Source: Felis catus (taxonomy: Eukaryota). From it: 64,000 bases of DNA. The stretch covers positions 21,020,001 to 21,084,000 of the forward strand of contig NC_058369.1 of NCBI RefSeq assembly GCF_018350175.1, in the 5' to 3' direction. The translations under genes were made by a program, and so were the position numbers. Below the pieces are notes generated by a model. The model made no database searches. It worked only from the letters and a program-made list of their open reading frames with translations, and had not been told where the DNA came from. Of the stretch, positions 31,827 through 44,391 are shown one piece after another. How positions within the stretch are numbered: position 1 is the first letter of the stretch; every line of letters begins with the position of its first letter.

Positions 31827-33809
31827 GTCCAGGCCCTCCCGACACCCCGCCGCCCGCGCCGGGAGCCCCCGCCGCCCCGGGGCCCCTAGCCCCACACACA
31901 GACAACGGGCCCCGTTAGCGTCACCCGTCCGCGCCGGCGACACTACGTCACCACGGCGCGACGCTCTCCGCCCCGCCTCTGGGATTGTCTGCCGCAGGAT
32001 CTTCCTGAGGTCCTGGCGCTCGCACGGAAGGGCGGGGCGACGGGGAAAGGGCGGGGCGAGAGCCGTGCTGGGCGCGGGCAGCGCGAGAGGAAAAGGCGGG
32101 GCGAGATGAGGGGGTGAAGCGAGAGCGGGGTCGGGCGCAGACTGCGCGAGAGGAAGGGGCGGGGCGGGCGCGTGGCCGTTAGCGCGCGGCCGTTAGCGGC
32201 CTTGCTCCGGCAACGGTTGGTGTTCCGGTAGTCTCCGCGGCCGCAGTCTCCCTAGGTCGCAGTGCGCGTGACCCGGCCCCCGTTTGCGCGCTCGCCCCCT
32301 TCGCTGGCGCAGTCACCGCGCGGGGCGGCCGCCCGTGAGGTAGCTCCCACGGCTTGTGACAACGAATAAAGCTCCGGACAGCAGAGCCCTCGGCGACAGC
32401 TGGGCGGGCGGCTCCGGCCGGGAGCGGCGGCCTGTGCGCTATCGGGAGGAGCGAGCGGCAGAGGCGACCTCCGGCCCGGGCCTGCACCAGCCGCCCGGCA
32501 GGCGCGACATGAACCTGGTCTGGCATTCGCGGGATGCTCCTTGAGCCCCTTCTCTGGCTATTACCTCCGGGGACGGTTGTGGCCACACCGACACGTATTT
32601 TCCAAATCATTGTTTATTCTTGCGGCGGCGGGGCCGAACACGCTATTTTTAATTTTCTCAACAAGCCTTTACCCAGCATTCATCCAGTGAAACAGCTTGA
32701 TAACCGTTTCAAGGGAGCATCCGCTCGGTTAGGAAGTCTCGGACTGAGCAGCTCGTGGAAGCCGGCATTTGCAAAGTCCCTCCTCAAATGCTCTGAAGAT
32801 TGTTGAGTCTTCCCGTAACTATCAGTGTGCCCAGAATCCCATTCAAGGAACGTCTTGGTCCAGCGATGCAAAGCACTGACGTTTCAAGGTTTTATTTCTA
32901 TTGTGAGATGGCCGGGATTTCCCCCCAACAACCCGGAGCCGCTCAGTAGCCACTAAAGTGGATCCCCTAGTGCACGCCCTCCTCCCTCCTCTTCCAGCCT
33001 GTCCAAGTGCTTTTGTTGAATAAGAAGCCCTCAGATGTCATTACTTCTGCAAGTGCAACTCAAGGGTCAGAGGAGGAGATGGAACAAACACAAAGAGAGG
33101 AAGAGCAGTCTAGTCTTAGTTTTCTGAACAGCTAGTTGCCTTAGTAGTTGTATCCATGGGGAACAGTTGACAGTCCCTGCAGATGTTCACGCTCCCCCGC
33201 TGTGATCTGAGGACATGGGTGCTGGAGTGTCTGTCCCTGGAGTGACCTGATTCACTCAGCTCTCCTTGGAAGAAATGCTGCCGTCCTTTCCCTTCCTTCA
33301 TGGGAGTGAATTTTATGTCTTTTTCATTTGTCTCTCTTTCAGGGATTTCCCTTTCAGGGATTTCCCCCTTTAACCAATGAAAACTAAATTTTCAGTCTGC
33401 TGACATTTGTTGGGGGAGGAGTGGCAGGATGTCCTCTCCACTCTGGGACATCTTACTCTTGGCTCAGATCTAGACAAAGATTGGGAACAGACCAAACGTC
33501 AATGGCCTGCTGAGCTGGGTGAAAAGTGGTGTGATTTGTCAGTGTTCTCTCTTGTCTCCCACTAGGGGGGGTTCTTGCTTCAGGCAGTCAAAATCCCAGG
33601 GGCTTTTTTTTTTTTTTTTTTTTTTACTAGGAAAGAGCTACCTTCTCTAAGCTTTTACTGGGTGGAATTAAGCCACCCATACTTGGAGGCAAAAAGAACC
33701 TTTTTTTTTTTTTCTCCCTGAGCACTCCCTCATGTATTTAGTAGGCACAAAGGAAAAAAAGACCCACTTAGGTCAAGCAATAATTCCAATTCTTACTCTG
33801 CTGAGTGAT

Positions 33810-33960
33810 AGCAGTAACTCTGATCTTGGGGAAGTGCCTCTCTGTGACCTCTCTGTGCCTCAGTCTCATCTTGAAAATAGGGATAATGGTGGTACCTCCT
33901 GCATGAGAGTCTTTGTGAGTTAACACATGTAAAATGCCTAGAACAGTTCTTAACACAATT
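33810..33960 (+). mobile_element. MIR relic
   Basis: ctctctgtgcctcagtctcatcttgaaaatagggataatggtggtacctc...atgtaaaatgcctagaacagt. Confidence 0.75.
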
Positions 33961-34178
33961 TAATATTTATTGGCTAATGCTAGCCTTGATACTGGGTGGG
34001 TCCCTTTTATTATGTCACATGAGTTGGGAGGTGAAGTACACTATTACTTTGACCCTGTGGAATCAAGTGTAGAATTAAATTGCTGACCAAGCCCTGTTTG
34101 TATTTATAGCTGGAAGAGCCGGTATTGTCCTCATAATAGTATAGAAGAATTCAAGTTAGGAGAGAGAGGCAGCAGCGA

Positions 34179-35585
34179 ATGAAGACTATTAAAGAAAAGA
34201 AGAAGGAACGTCAAAGACTGAGGTAGAGTAGGTGATGTAAGGGAGTTTGGGAGAAATTGTCCAAAGGCCTGTGGCATATGCTACACTTGTGTGGCCTTGA
34301 GGGCTGAGGTTGGGTAGTATGGAAGCACACACCAGTGGTCCCCCGGAAGCTGCCCAGCAACCTATGCTCCTGGGGCTGTCCCTAATAACAAAGTGCTGGC
34401 GCTGGAGCCCTAGATTCATATCCTGGCTCTAACACTTGCTAACACTAGGTGACCTGGGACAGGTTACTTCATTTCATTATGCCTCAGTTTCCTCATCTGG
34501 AAAATGTGCATACGAGCAATGCCCATTTTTAGAACCGTCTGTAGATTCTTGCTTACTGGCAATAGTGCTTCGCAATAGGAAATTCACACTCAATTTTAGT
34601 ATCATTTTTTGATGCTTTATGAGCACGGTACCACAGAGATTCAGAGTATGTGGCAGAAGAAACAGTAAAAGAGTAAAAGGGGATTTGCTCTTGCATTCAT
34701 TCAGTCTACACAGGCAGCACAGCCAACGGGAACAGAAAAGCACAATCTTACATAATTCAGATAACTTGGTACGGTTTGTGCTTTCAAAAAATATTCAATA
34801 AAAAAAGAAACTGATGCCTTAGCCTTTTGATATTTTGGCCCTTCCTCAGACCCATGGAGGCATTTTGAGGGAAATGTCACATTGGTGGTCGACAGGATCC
34901 TCAAAGACCACCTTGTACTTCTTCCTTCTCTTGTATAGAAAATCTGCCAAGACAAGGAGGGTAACCCAAAGGAAGCCATCTTCAGGGCCTGGTAAGAAAG
35001 ACTGGAGGTTCTGTTCAACCGCATTCCGACCTCAGCAAAGGCCACCTGTGTAGGGCAACAAACTTGCTTCTCTGTCCTACTTCCCAGATTCTCTAAGATC
35101 CTGAAGAACTCAGGGTCCTTGATTTTTTAAATGTTCCAAAGTTCAAGAAACAAGTTAATTAAAGCCGCTTGAGACAAAAGTATATGAAGTGTGCAGTTGT
35201 AGCCAATTCCCTAAAAAGTGGCCAAAATGTATAACTGATACCATGTAACACTTCATCCCAACCTCCATCCTTGTCAAAATGTCCTCTTCCCAATACTGGA
35301 CTCCTCCTTGTATTTAGAGAGATGGTTATACTCCCAAACTGAATTCTTAACATTCTCTCTTCCAGTTTGCCGGCTATGCCTTCGAGAACCTGGGGATCCC
35401 GAAAAACTGGGGGAATTTCTTCAGAAAGACAATCTCAGCGTGCATTATTTTTGTCTTGTGAGTATAAGGTTCCTTTTCAATGTTTCATGGCATTTGCTAT
35501 ATAGTCTTTCATCCAGCCTCAGATTTATAGCCCTGTTTGTTTTTCTTAATAGCTTTTTTCTTTTTTTTAACGTTTATTATTTATT

Positions 35586-35636
<51 letters not shown>

Positions 35637-38600
35637 TAGAGAGAGAAGGAGGCACAGAATCCAAAGCAGGCACCAGGCTCCATCCGAGCTGTCAGCACAG
35701 AGCCTGATGCAGGGCTCGAACCCACAAACCACGAGATCATGACCTGAGCTGAAGTCTGATGCTTAACCAACGGAGCCACCCAAGTGCCCCAATAGCTTTT
35801 TTCTTTTTAAAACATAGTTTTTAGGGGCTCCTGGGTGACCCAGTTGGTTAAACTTCTGACTTCAGCTCAGGTCATGATCTTGTGGTTCTTGAGTTCAAGC
35901 CCTGCGTTGAGCTCTTGTGCTGACAGCTCAGAGCCTGGAGCCTCCTTTGGATTCTGTGTCTCCCTCTCTCTCTGCCCCTCCCCCACTTGTTCTCCTCTCC
36001 CTCTCTCTCTCTCTCTCTCAAAACTAAATATTAAAAAAAAAAATTTTAATCCTAGTTTTGAAAAGTAATACCAGAGGTACCTGCTATAAAATCCTGGCAG
36101 TATAAAGTATGTACAATTAAACAGTACATTCTCAAACAGTATTCCCAATACTTCTCAAAACAGCATTCCCAATCTTTCCCCCTCTCCCCAGAAGCACATG
36201 CTATCAACTGTCCTTCAAGCTGTTGTTTGTACTATGCTGTTTCTTAATTAGCTATAATTTGCATACTATAGAATGTACCCATTTTAAGTGTACAATTTGA
36301 TGCATTTTTATAAGCTCTTATATCATGGGGATATAATGTATATCCTCATGTAAACACTGCCCCAATCAAAGTAAATATTTCCATCATTGGAAAGTTCCCT
36401 CCTGCACTCTTCTAGTCAGTCCCCTCAGAGATCATCATGTTCTGATCCATAGATTACTTTTGCCTTTTATTATACTTCATATAAATGGAATCATACAGCA
36501 TTTGCACTCTTGTTTCTGGCTTCTTTTGCTCAATACAGCATTTTGGAGATTAACCCATGTCATTGCATGTACGGGTAGCTTGTACCTTTTGTCCCCTAGT
36601 AGTATTCTGTTCTATGAATATTTTATAATTGGCTTATTTATCCATCTGCTGATGGACATTTGAATTGTTTCCATTTGAGGCCTATTATGAATAAAGTGGC
36701 AATGACTATTCCTGTACAAGTGTTTTTGTGAACACGCATTTTCACTTCTCTTGGACAAATGCCTGGGAGTGGAATTACTGGTTGTATGCTAACTGCGTGT
36801 TTAACTTTATGTGAAGTTGCCAAATCACTTTTCAAAGAGATTGTACCAGTTTACACTCCCACTAGCAATTTCTGAGAATTCTGGTTGCACAATATTCTTG
36901 CAGTTCTTGCAGAACTTGATATGGTCGATCTTTTTCATGTTAGCCATTCTATTAGGTGTGTACTGGGATTTCATTGTAGTTTTAATTTGCATTTCTCTGT
37001 TGACTTAAGATGTTGAGCTTCTTTTGTGTGCTTACTGGCCATTCACTTATGTTCTTTTGTGAAGTGTCTGAACAAATATTTTTCCTTTGTAAAAGTAGAG
37101 CTGTTTTGTCTTACCAAGTTATAAGAGTTTTTAAATATATTCTGGATATAAATCCTTTTTCAGACATGTGTATGCTTTGTCACTATTTTCTCCAAGTCTG
37201 TGGCTTGCCTTTTCATTTTCTTAATGGTGTCTTTCGAAGAACAAATGTTTTTAATTTTGATGAAGTTCAGCTTATCAGTTTTTTTTTTCTTTTATGGTTA
37301 GTGCTTTTTGTGTGTGTCCCAAGAAATCTTTGCCTACTCATTGAATTACCTTGGTGCGTTTGTCGAAGCCAATTAACCATGTATCTTTGGATCTGGGTGA
37401 TTTATTTTATGTCATTGATCTGTGCATCATCCTTACAACAGTACTGCATTGTCTTGATTATTGTGGCTTTATAGTGTCTTGAACTCAAGATTTATAAGTT
37501 CTACAGTCTTTTTAAGATTGTTTTGGCTATCAGGTCCTTTTCCATGAAAATCTATATTTAGCTTATGAGTTTTTCCTTAAAAAATAAAAAAAAGCCTGTT
37601 GGGATTGAGATTGGGATTGCAGTGAATTTATAGGTCAATTTGGGAAGAATTGATGAAGAAGATTGAATCTTCCAATCCATGGATGTCATATATTTCCCCA
37701 TTTATTTGGGCCTTTTAAATTTTGTCTCAGCAATGTTTTTTTTTTTAATTTATTTGTTATTTATTTTTTTATTCAGCAATGTTTTTTTTTTTTAATTTTT
37801 TTTTTTCAACGTTTATTTATTTTTGGGACAGAGAGAGACAGAGCATGAACGGGGGAGGGGCAGAGAGAGAGGGAGACAGAATCGGAAACAGGCTCCAGGC
37901 TCTGAGCCATCAACCCAGAGCCCGACGCAGGGCTCGAACTCACAGACCGCGAGATCGTGACCTGGCTGAAGTCGGACGCCCAACCGACTGCGCCACCCAG
38001 GCGCCCCTCAGCAATGTTTTTTAGTGAAGTCTTGCACATCTTTTATTAAATGAGTGCCTAAATATTTTGTGACTCATGCTATTATAAATAGTATTTTAAA
38101 ATTTCAGTTTCAAGTTTGTTGCTGGCATATATAAATGCAGCTTATTTTGTATGTTGATTTTGTATCCTGAAATCTTGTTAAATTCATTTGTTTAGTAGTT
38201 TTTTTATTTTTAAAATTTTTGGTAAATGCCTTAGGATTTCCTGTGTACACAATCATGTAGTGTGAATAAAGACAGTTCTACTTCTTCATTTCCAACCTTT
38301 AAATTTATTTATTTATTTTATTTTTAATTTTTTTTAATTTACATTCAAGTTAGTTATCATATAGTACAACAGCGATCTCAGGAGTAGATTCCTTAGTGCC
38401 CCTTACCCATTTAGCCCATTCCCCCTCCCACACACCCTCCAGTAACCCTCTGTTTGTTCTCCATATTTAAGAGTCTCTTATGTTTTGTCCTCCTTCCTGT
38501 TTTTATATTATTTTTGCTTCCCTTCTCTTATGTCATGTTTTGTATCTTAAAGTCCTCATATGAGTGAAGTCATGTGATATTTGTCTTTCTCTGACTAATT

Positions 38601-38682
38601 TTGCTTAGCATAATACCCGCTAGTTCCATCCTGATAGTTGCAAATGGCAAGATTTCATTCTTTTTGATTGCTGAATAATACT

Positions 38683-38717
<35 letters not shown>

Positions 38718-41700
38718 ACACACATACATATGCACCACATCTTCTTTTCCAATCTTTAAATTCTTTTCATTCTCCTTGCCCTGTTATACTAGTTAGGACT
38801 TTCAATCTAGTATTGAATAGGAATTACATGAGTACATATCCTTGTGTTATTCCCAGCATCAGAAGACAGCATCCTATTTTTCAACATTAAAATATGATGT
38901 TAACTGTAGGCTTTTAATCAGATTGAAGAAGTTTCCTTTTATTTCTAGTTTGCTGAGAATATCGTGAATGTGTGTTGAATTTTCTCAAATGCTTTTTTAT
39001 TTTTACATCTACTGAGATGGTCATTTTTCTTCTTTCTTTTGTTAATGTGGTTTGTTACATCAATTGAATTTTTTAATGCATTTGTGGTATAAACCCTACT
39101 TGATCATGATGTATTATCCTCTTTATATGGTACTGGATTCAATTTGCTAATATTTTGTTTCATTTTTACATCTATACTTGTGAGAAAGATTGGTCTGTGA
39201 TTTTCCTCTCTTGTAAGTCCTGTGTGGTTTGGGTACCAGGTCTTGGCTAATCTCAATGCCTTTACAAGCATATACATTTTCAACATAAAAATAAACATAC
39301 TATACACAGTGTTTTGTATTTTGCTTGTTTTTTTTTTATCTCTTAATACTTATGAAGATCTTTCTCCATGGAACATATTGGTCTGGTTTTTTTCTTTTAA
39401 TAGCTAATTGGTATTCCATGGTATGGGGGATTAAAGTATTAAACTGCTCTTAAATGACATTTAGATTATTTCTGATCTTCCATTGTTGATTTTTCTGTTT
39501 ATAGAAATAATAGGTGTTCATTGTAGAAAACATTAATAATAGGAGTATAAAAACAAATCACTCATATAGTCCTAAAGACCTGAGATAATCAGTGTTAAAT
39601 AGATATGTTTAAGCCTAATTGGGAACATAAATCTGTAATTCAAGCATCCTCAAGTCGTCTAGCCTTGTAGGGTCACCCTTTTATAATGTCAATAAAATAA
39701 CCTGAGCCCCCATTATATATTACATGTAATCACTGCAGCCAGTCCAGTGCCCTCCCCAGTATTTTTGGAAGATTCTTGGGGTGGGGCTGGGGTGCTGGCA
39801 TTTTTCCAGTGTACATACACATACATAACAGTTTATGGGTACATGAACAGTTTATCTTCTTTTTTCTTGATTTCCCATTCTAGAATCGGCTGTGGGGGCT
39901 TTTCAGAAACAAAAAGGCTTTTAAAGTGTGTTTTTAAAGAAAAGTTCAATTCCTTCCCCTCCCCAATAGGGCAGAATGACTACAGTCAGATTTTAAAGCC
40001 CTGTTTCCCTTCCTGTAGAGAGTACACTCTGAGAAGAGCATATTCTGTACCAAGGGTCAGTACAGTGGGTGGGCTAAGAGTGTGGGTTCTGTGGGCCTGG
40101 ATGTGAATGTCAGCTCTGCTGCCTCCTTGCTGTGTGGCTCCAGCCGTTTCACTTACCATCCTGTACCTCGATGGGCTCCTCTGAAAGAGGAGGACCACAA
40201 TAGCATCTGTATCACAGGGTTATAGTGAACATAAAATGAGTCAGTACACAGCATTTGTTTCCCCAAAGGGCTCAGCACACAAAAGCAATCCTCAGTAAAT
40301 GAGAGGCAGTGTAGCACAAAGGTATGTAAGGGCCCAGGCTCTGGAGTCCTGTAACCTATAAAATGGGATGATGACAGTACCTACCTCTTGAAGTTGTTAT
40401 GAGGATTAAATGAGTTAATATTTGAAAAGCACCTAGAGCACCCAACACATTACACAGTTAATTCTGTGTAAGCCCTTTGTCAAGTAAATTACCTGTAAAT
40501 GCATATACGCTGTATATCCTGCCCAGCTCTATATACCCTGTCTTCTTCCTCACCCCATTGCACTGTTTCATTGATCATCAATGTTGACAGCCTGCTTCTA
40601 CTGCTCCCCCAGATCCTATCTAGCAAGCTGCCTCAGAGAGGCCAGTCCAACAGAGGTTTCCATGGATTCTTGCCGGAAGACATCAAAAAGGAGGCAGCCC
40701 GGGCTTCTAGGAAGGTTAGAATCCCCCAGTACAGGGGCCTGGGCCTTGGGATAGGCCTCTTCTCATACCTCTCTGATCGTCCCTGTTTCTGTTCTTTTCC
40801 CTACCTGTTAGTTTAGAAGTCAAAGGACTCCTGGATTTCCCAATTGGTCCTCCTCTTAAGTTGCGTGCTTCTCTGGGGTGTAGTACCCTAAGTGAGGAGA
40901 GGGAGCAACATCCTGGGAAAACAAATAATCTAGTGCCACTTGAAACGCAGCTTCAGGGTGCCCCCCAGAGCTTTCAGGTCAACCAAGGAAAGGGAATGGC
41001 TTTTGCTTCATAGAATTTCCCTTCCATAGAGTGACGTGCCACAGAATGTCTGTTTGTCTTTCTTGGGGCCCTGAGCACTGCCTGGGATCTCATTTGCAGA
41101 TCTGCTTTGTGTGCAAGAAAAAGGGAGCTGCCATCAACTGCCAGAAGGATCAATGCGTCAGAAACTTCCATCTTCCTTGTGGCCAAGAAAGGGGTTGCCT
41201 TTCACAATTTTTTGGAGAGTACAAGTGAGTGACGAAGGGGAAATGTCGGGCTGCCCTTTCGCAAGTTGCTCTGAATTGGCCACTAAGGAAATCAGAGTCC
41301 AGTTCTCACGGGCCTGTTTTGATTCCTGGTGAATCTGTCCCACCATTCAATAATGAGAAACAGTGTCTTGGCTTGGTGATTTCACAGGGGTTACTTCTTG
41401 CTTCCCATCCCCTTCTTAAATTACAAACAGCTGGGGTTCTTAGACAGCTGCTCAGAGCTAAGCGGGGCTTTCAGGAACAGGAGGCTGTGGAGATAGTCCC
41501 CGGAGTTTTGTTCAGTTGGGGAACAGCTGTGAGGAGGCATGTGGGCTGTTCCTCCCCCTGCTCCCCTCCTCCCCACGAGCGAGGAGGTTCGCTGCGCAAC
41601 GGCCTGGGTGGTTGCCCTTCCTAGGCCGGGCAGCTGGAAGACAGCATCAACGATGAGCCAAGTACGTCTGTTTACTCTGCTACAGATCATTTTGTGGAAA

Positions 41701-44093
41701 ACATCGCCCAACACAGGACATCCAGCAGGGGAAGGCAGGGGAGGAAAGCTGTGTCTTATGTTGTGAAGACTTATCCCAAGCAAGTGTTGAAAACATCCAG
41801 AGTCCATGTTGTAGTCAAACTGTCTACCACCGCAAGTGCATACAGGTGGGCCTTTCTCTGCCCTGGGGACCTCCCACATTTTCTCTAGTTCACAGCACCT
41901 TGGGAATGCTCAGGCAGTCTCGGCTTCCGTGCTCCATCCTGGAGGCCTGTATGCAGGGGTGGTTCCAGGCAGTCAGAGGAAAAGTCAGCCCAGTCTCTTG
42001 TCACTCGTGACTTGTAAGACCTCATTCATGATAACATTTAGACTGAACAAAATCCTTAGGATGGCTAGAGCAAATGAGTTTAACCTAGAATGAGTCAAGC
42101 AGCCTCAAAATCAGGCTTATTTCCTGAAATAGAAGGAAAAGGACCCCGAACGGGTCAGCACTGCCAAGCCCCACAGCCAGAGATGACAGCTGAGGCACTC
42201 CTGGGAAGTTTCTTGATTTGAGCTTGGTCTCTGGTCTGATACCTGGATTTGCACCCCTCACACTAGCTTACCCATAGCTCTTCAGTGGAAATCTCCAGTC
42301 AAGCTCTCTTAGCAACATCCTCTTTGTGAAATGAGGGTTGGGGTGGAGAGGAGGTGATCAAAGATGGTGTTTTTATAAACACAACGCTCTTCCATGTTTC
42401 TCTTACAGAAATATGCCCACACATCAGCAAAGCATTTCTTCAAATGTCCACAGTGTAACAATCGAGAAGAGTTTCCTCAAGAAATGCTAAGAATGGGAAT
42501 TCATATTCCAGACAGGTAGTGGAAACTCTAAGGCAGGGATTGAGCCAGGGAGTGGGTTGCTAGATTTCTAGAGAGGAGGTGAGTGTGAGGGTAGTTCAGA
42601 AAATGAAGAAGCAGCCCATGCCTTTGTATATGGGAAAGAGGGAAGGAGTGGAGGGAGGGCTTTTGAGTTATAAAAAGAAAAATTGGGAGGGAATCATGGG
42701 GGGTGGGGTAGACATGTTCCTGAAAAGGGTACTTGGGTATCAGAATTCCCTGGTGGGTTGGTTCTTGAATTCCAGTGGGGAACTAAGGAACACAACCCCC
42801 CACCCCCACCCCCGCCCCATGTTCCACTCATCCTGCCTCAACCCTCTTCCACTGTCAGGCCACTCAGCCCATCTTGTTTAAAATAGTCAGGCAGGCTGTT
42901 GCACTCTTTTCCTGTGCTAGCTCTAGTTCTTTCTACTTCCTCCCAGGTTTCACCACCGATTACATGCCCCTTACTCAGTATTTCTTCTCCCACTGTAGAG
43001 ATGCTGCCTGGGAACTCGAGCCAGGGGCTTTCTCGGAGTTGTATCAGCGCTACCAACATTGTGATGCCCCCATCTGTCTGTATGAACAAGGCAGAGACAG
43101 CTTTGAGGACGAAGGGTAGGGAAAGGCTCCTGGCTAGAAAGATCTCTCATTGGTGCCATCATAGAGTTAGACCTTGGCACAGTTATTAGGAGCAAGAAAC
43201 TTGCTCTTGTGTGCAGACCTCAGGGTGAACTCAGGTCCCATTCTCACCAGTCCAGGATTCACTCCTGCACAAGTGGACAGGTCCCTGCAGGGCCTGCTCC
43301 TCCTTGTGCCCAGGGCAGAAACCCTCAGATCCAATTCTTTCCCAAATCCACCTTTTGAGTGTCCGTGCCTGACTGCGGGGTCCGGGACTTGGCACTCAGC
43401 CACATGTGGGTCACAGGTAAAATGTGTGGTGAAAAATGCCTGGGAAACCCTCAGCAAAGGCCTGGCCTGTAGCTAGCCTCCCGAGAGTGATAGTGTAATA
43501 TTTGTCTCCACGACCCTTGGCTCTTCCTGCAGGAGATGGCGCCTCATTCTGTGTGCTACATGCGGATCCCACGGAACTCATAGGGACTGTTCTTCTCTTA
43601 GAGCCAACAGTAAGAAATGGGAGTGTGAAGAGTGTGCACCTTCTGCTGAAGCCACAGGTGGGACCAGAGGGATGGTCTGGTCTAAGAACTGGGGTGGAGG
43701 TCGGGGGACTTGTGGTGCCTGGGAAAGGGGGAGGGCTTGCCGCCAGATGGGGACTCGTGGTTGGTGCCTTTAGTTTGGGAAGGAAAGCGGCTAGGTAGGG
43801 GCTTAAGGACCTGAGCCTGAGAGGCAGAGGGTTGAGTCTTCCTCTCCCACCTTTCTTTCACCACAGACCACACACTTGAAAACTCAGGTGCCGTCCCTTG
43901 CTGCAGCAGCACCTTCCACTCCGGGGGGCATTTCTGCAGAGACACCAGCCTGGAAGAGAACCCAGGCCCTTCTTGTACTGATTGGCCAGGACCTTACTTA
44001 CTAGAAAAACCAGAGTCCTCTGGTGGCAGGAGGGGCCACTCCTGGCAGTCCAAGGGTGTCAAAATCACTAAGAGCAGCAAAAAATCCAAGTAA
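34179..44093 (+). CDS. PHF7: PHD finger protein 7 (ePHD/RING/PHD E3 ligase), 383 aa, complete
   Basis: 10 GT-AG coding exons: 34179-34222 (acceptor at 34109/34110), 34939-34991, 35366-35457, 40613-40714, 41100-41224, 41686-41845, 42409-42515, 42999-43115, 43533-43657, 43867-44093; total 1152 nt. [77 protein letters not shown], ends KKSK*. Confidence 0.95.
34395..34515 (+). mobile_element. MIR relic
   Basis: gtgacctgggacaggttactt...gcctcagtttcctcatctggaaaatg. Confidence 0.7.
35566..35790 (-). mobile_element. CanSINE with expanded (GA)n tract
   Basis: SINE body in antisense; 18-bp TSD aatagcttttttcttttt at 35548-35565 and 35791-35808. Confidence 0.93.
35824..36043 (+). mobile_element. CanSINE
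   Basis: ggggctcctgggtgacccagttggttaa head, (CT)n tract, A-rich tail. Confidence 0.92.
37787..38007 (-). mobile_element. Young felid CanSINE (SINEC_Fc type)
   Basis: Nearly identical to the 2736-3005 copy; TSD tcagcaatgttttt at 37773-37786 and 38008-38021. Confidence 0.95.
38306..38745 (-). mobile_element. 5'-truncated carnivore L1 3' end nested in the older L1; contains (TG)n at about 38685-38715
   Basis: ORF 38570-38752(-) [16 protein letters not shown] is an L1 ORF2p terminus; TSD tttccaa(c/t)ctttaaatt at 38289-38305 and 38746-38762. Confidence 0.85.
40060..40465 (+). mobile_element. Two adjacent MIR relics
   Basis: tataaaatgggatgatgacagtacctacctc...gttgttatgaggattaaatgagttaata and a more diverged copy upstream. 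Confidence 0.65.
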
Positions 44094-44385
44094 CAGCTTC
44101 TGAGTAGTAGCTGCTGAGCACATTTGGGTATGAAGCTGTGCTCCTCCATCGGGCTTGGGAGAGGGGGCCCTTTGGGACTGCGAGACAAGGAAAGGGGGCC
44201 AGCAGTGAGAGTAAGAACCTAGGAAAGAGAAGTCCCAGGGGAGATGCCAACCTCGGAACGTGTTAGTGGTTACGAGAGCATCTCAGCTCTTTCTGCCTCA
44301 TCCCCAGAGAGCCCTCTTCTCTTCTACCACCCTAGTCTGGTTCTCATATGCCTCTTCTTACTTCACCCACGTTTGTTATTATGCA

Positions 44386-44391
44386 AATAAA
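44386..44391 (+). terminator. PHF7 polyadenylation signal (AATAAA)
   Basis: AATAAA about 290 nt after the stop, followed by T/GT-rich sequence. Confidence 0.75.

Larger units (their letters stand above)
36240..39250 (-). mobile_element. Old L1 (L1M-type) ORF2/3'UTR relic interrupted by younger insertions
   Basis: ORF 36638-36835(-) [14 protein letters not shown]...[24 protein letters not shown] resembles the L1 ORF2p C-terminus; T-rich antisense L1 character; many stops. Confidence 0.8.

Noticed and set aside
31798..31905. In-frame non-AUG N-terminal extension of BAP1 from TTG/GTG
   Set aside because: An open frame is expected in such a GC-rich leader, and nothing else supports near-cognate initiation.
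33135..33164. RFX X-box-like sequences (gttgccttagtag; gtatccatggggaac) upstream of PHF7
   Set aside because: Plausible for a spermatid gene, but each has at least two mismatches to consensus; not supportable without ChIP data.
33558..33570. CTCF-like ccactagggggg (also ccagcagatgg near 9818)
   Set aside because: Core mismatch at the conserved C; such partial matches are common by chance in GC-rich DNA.
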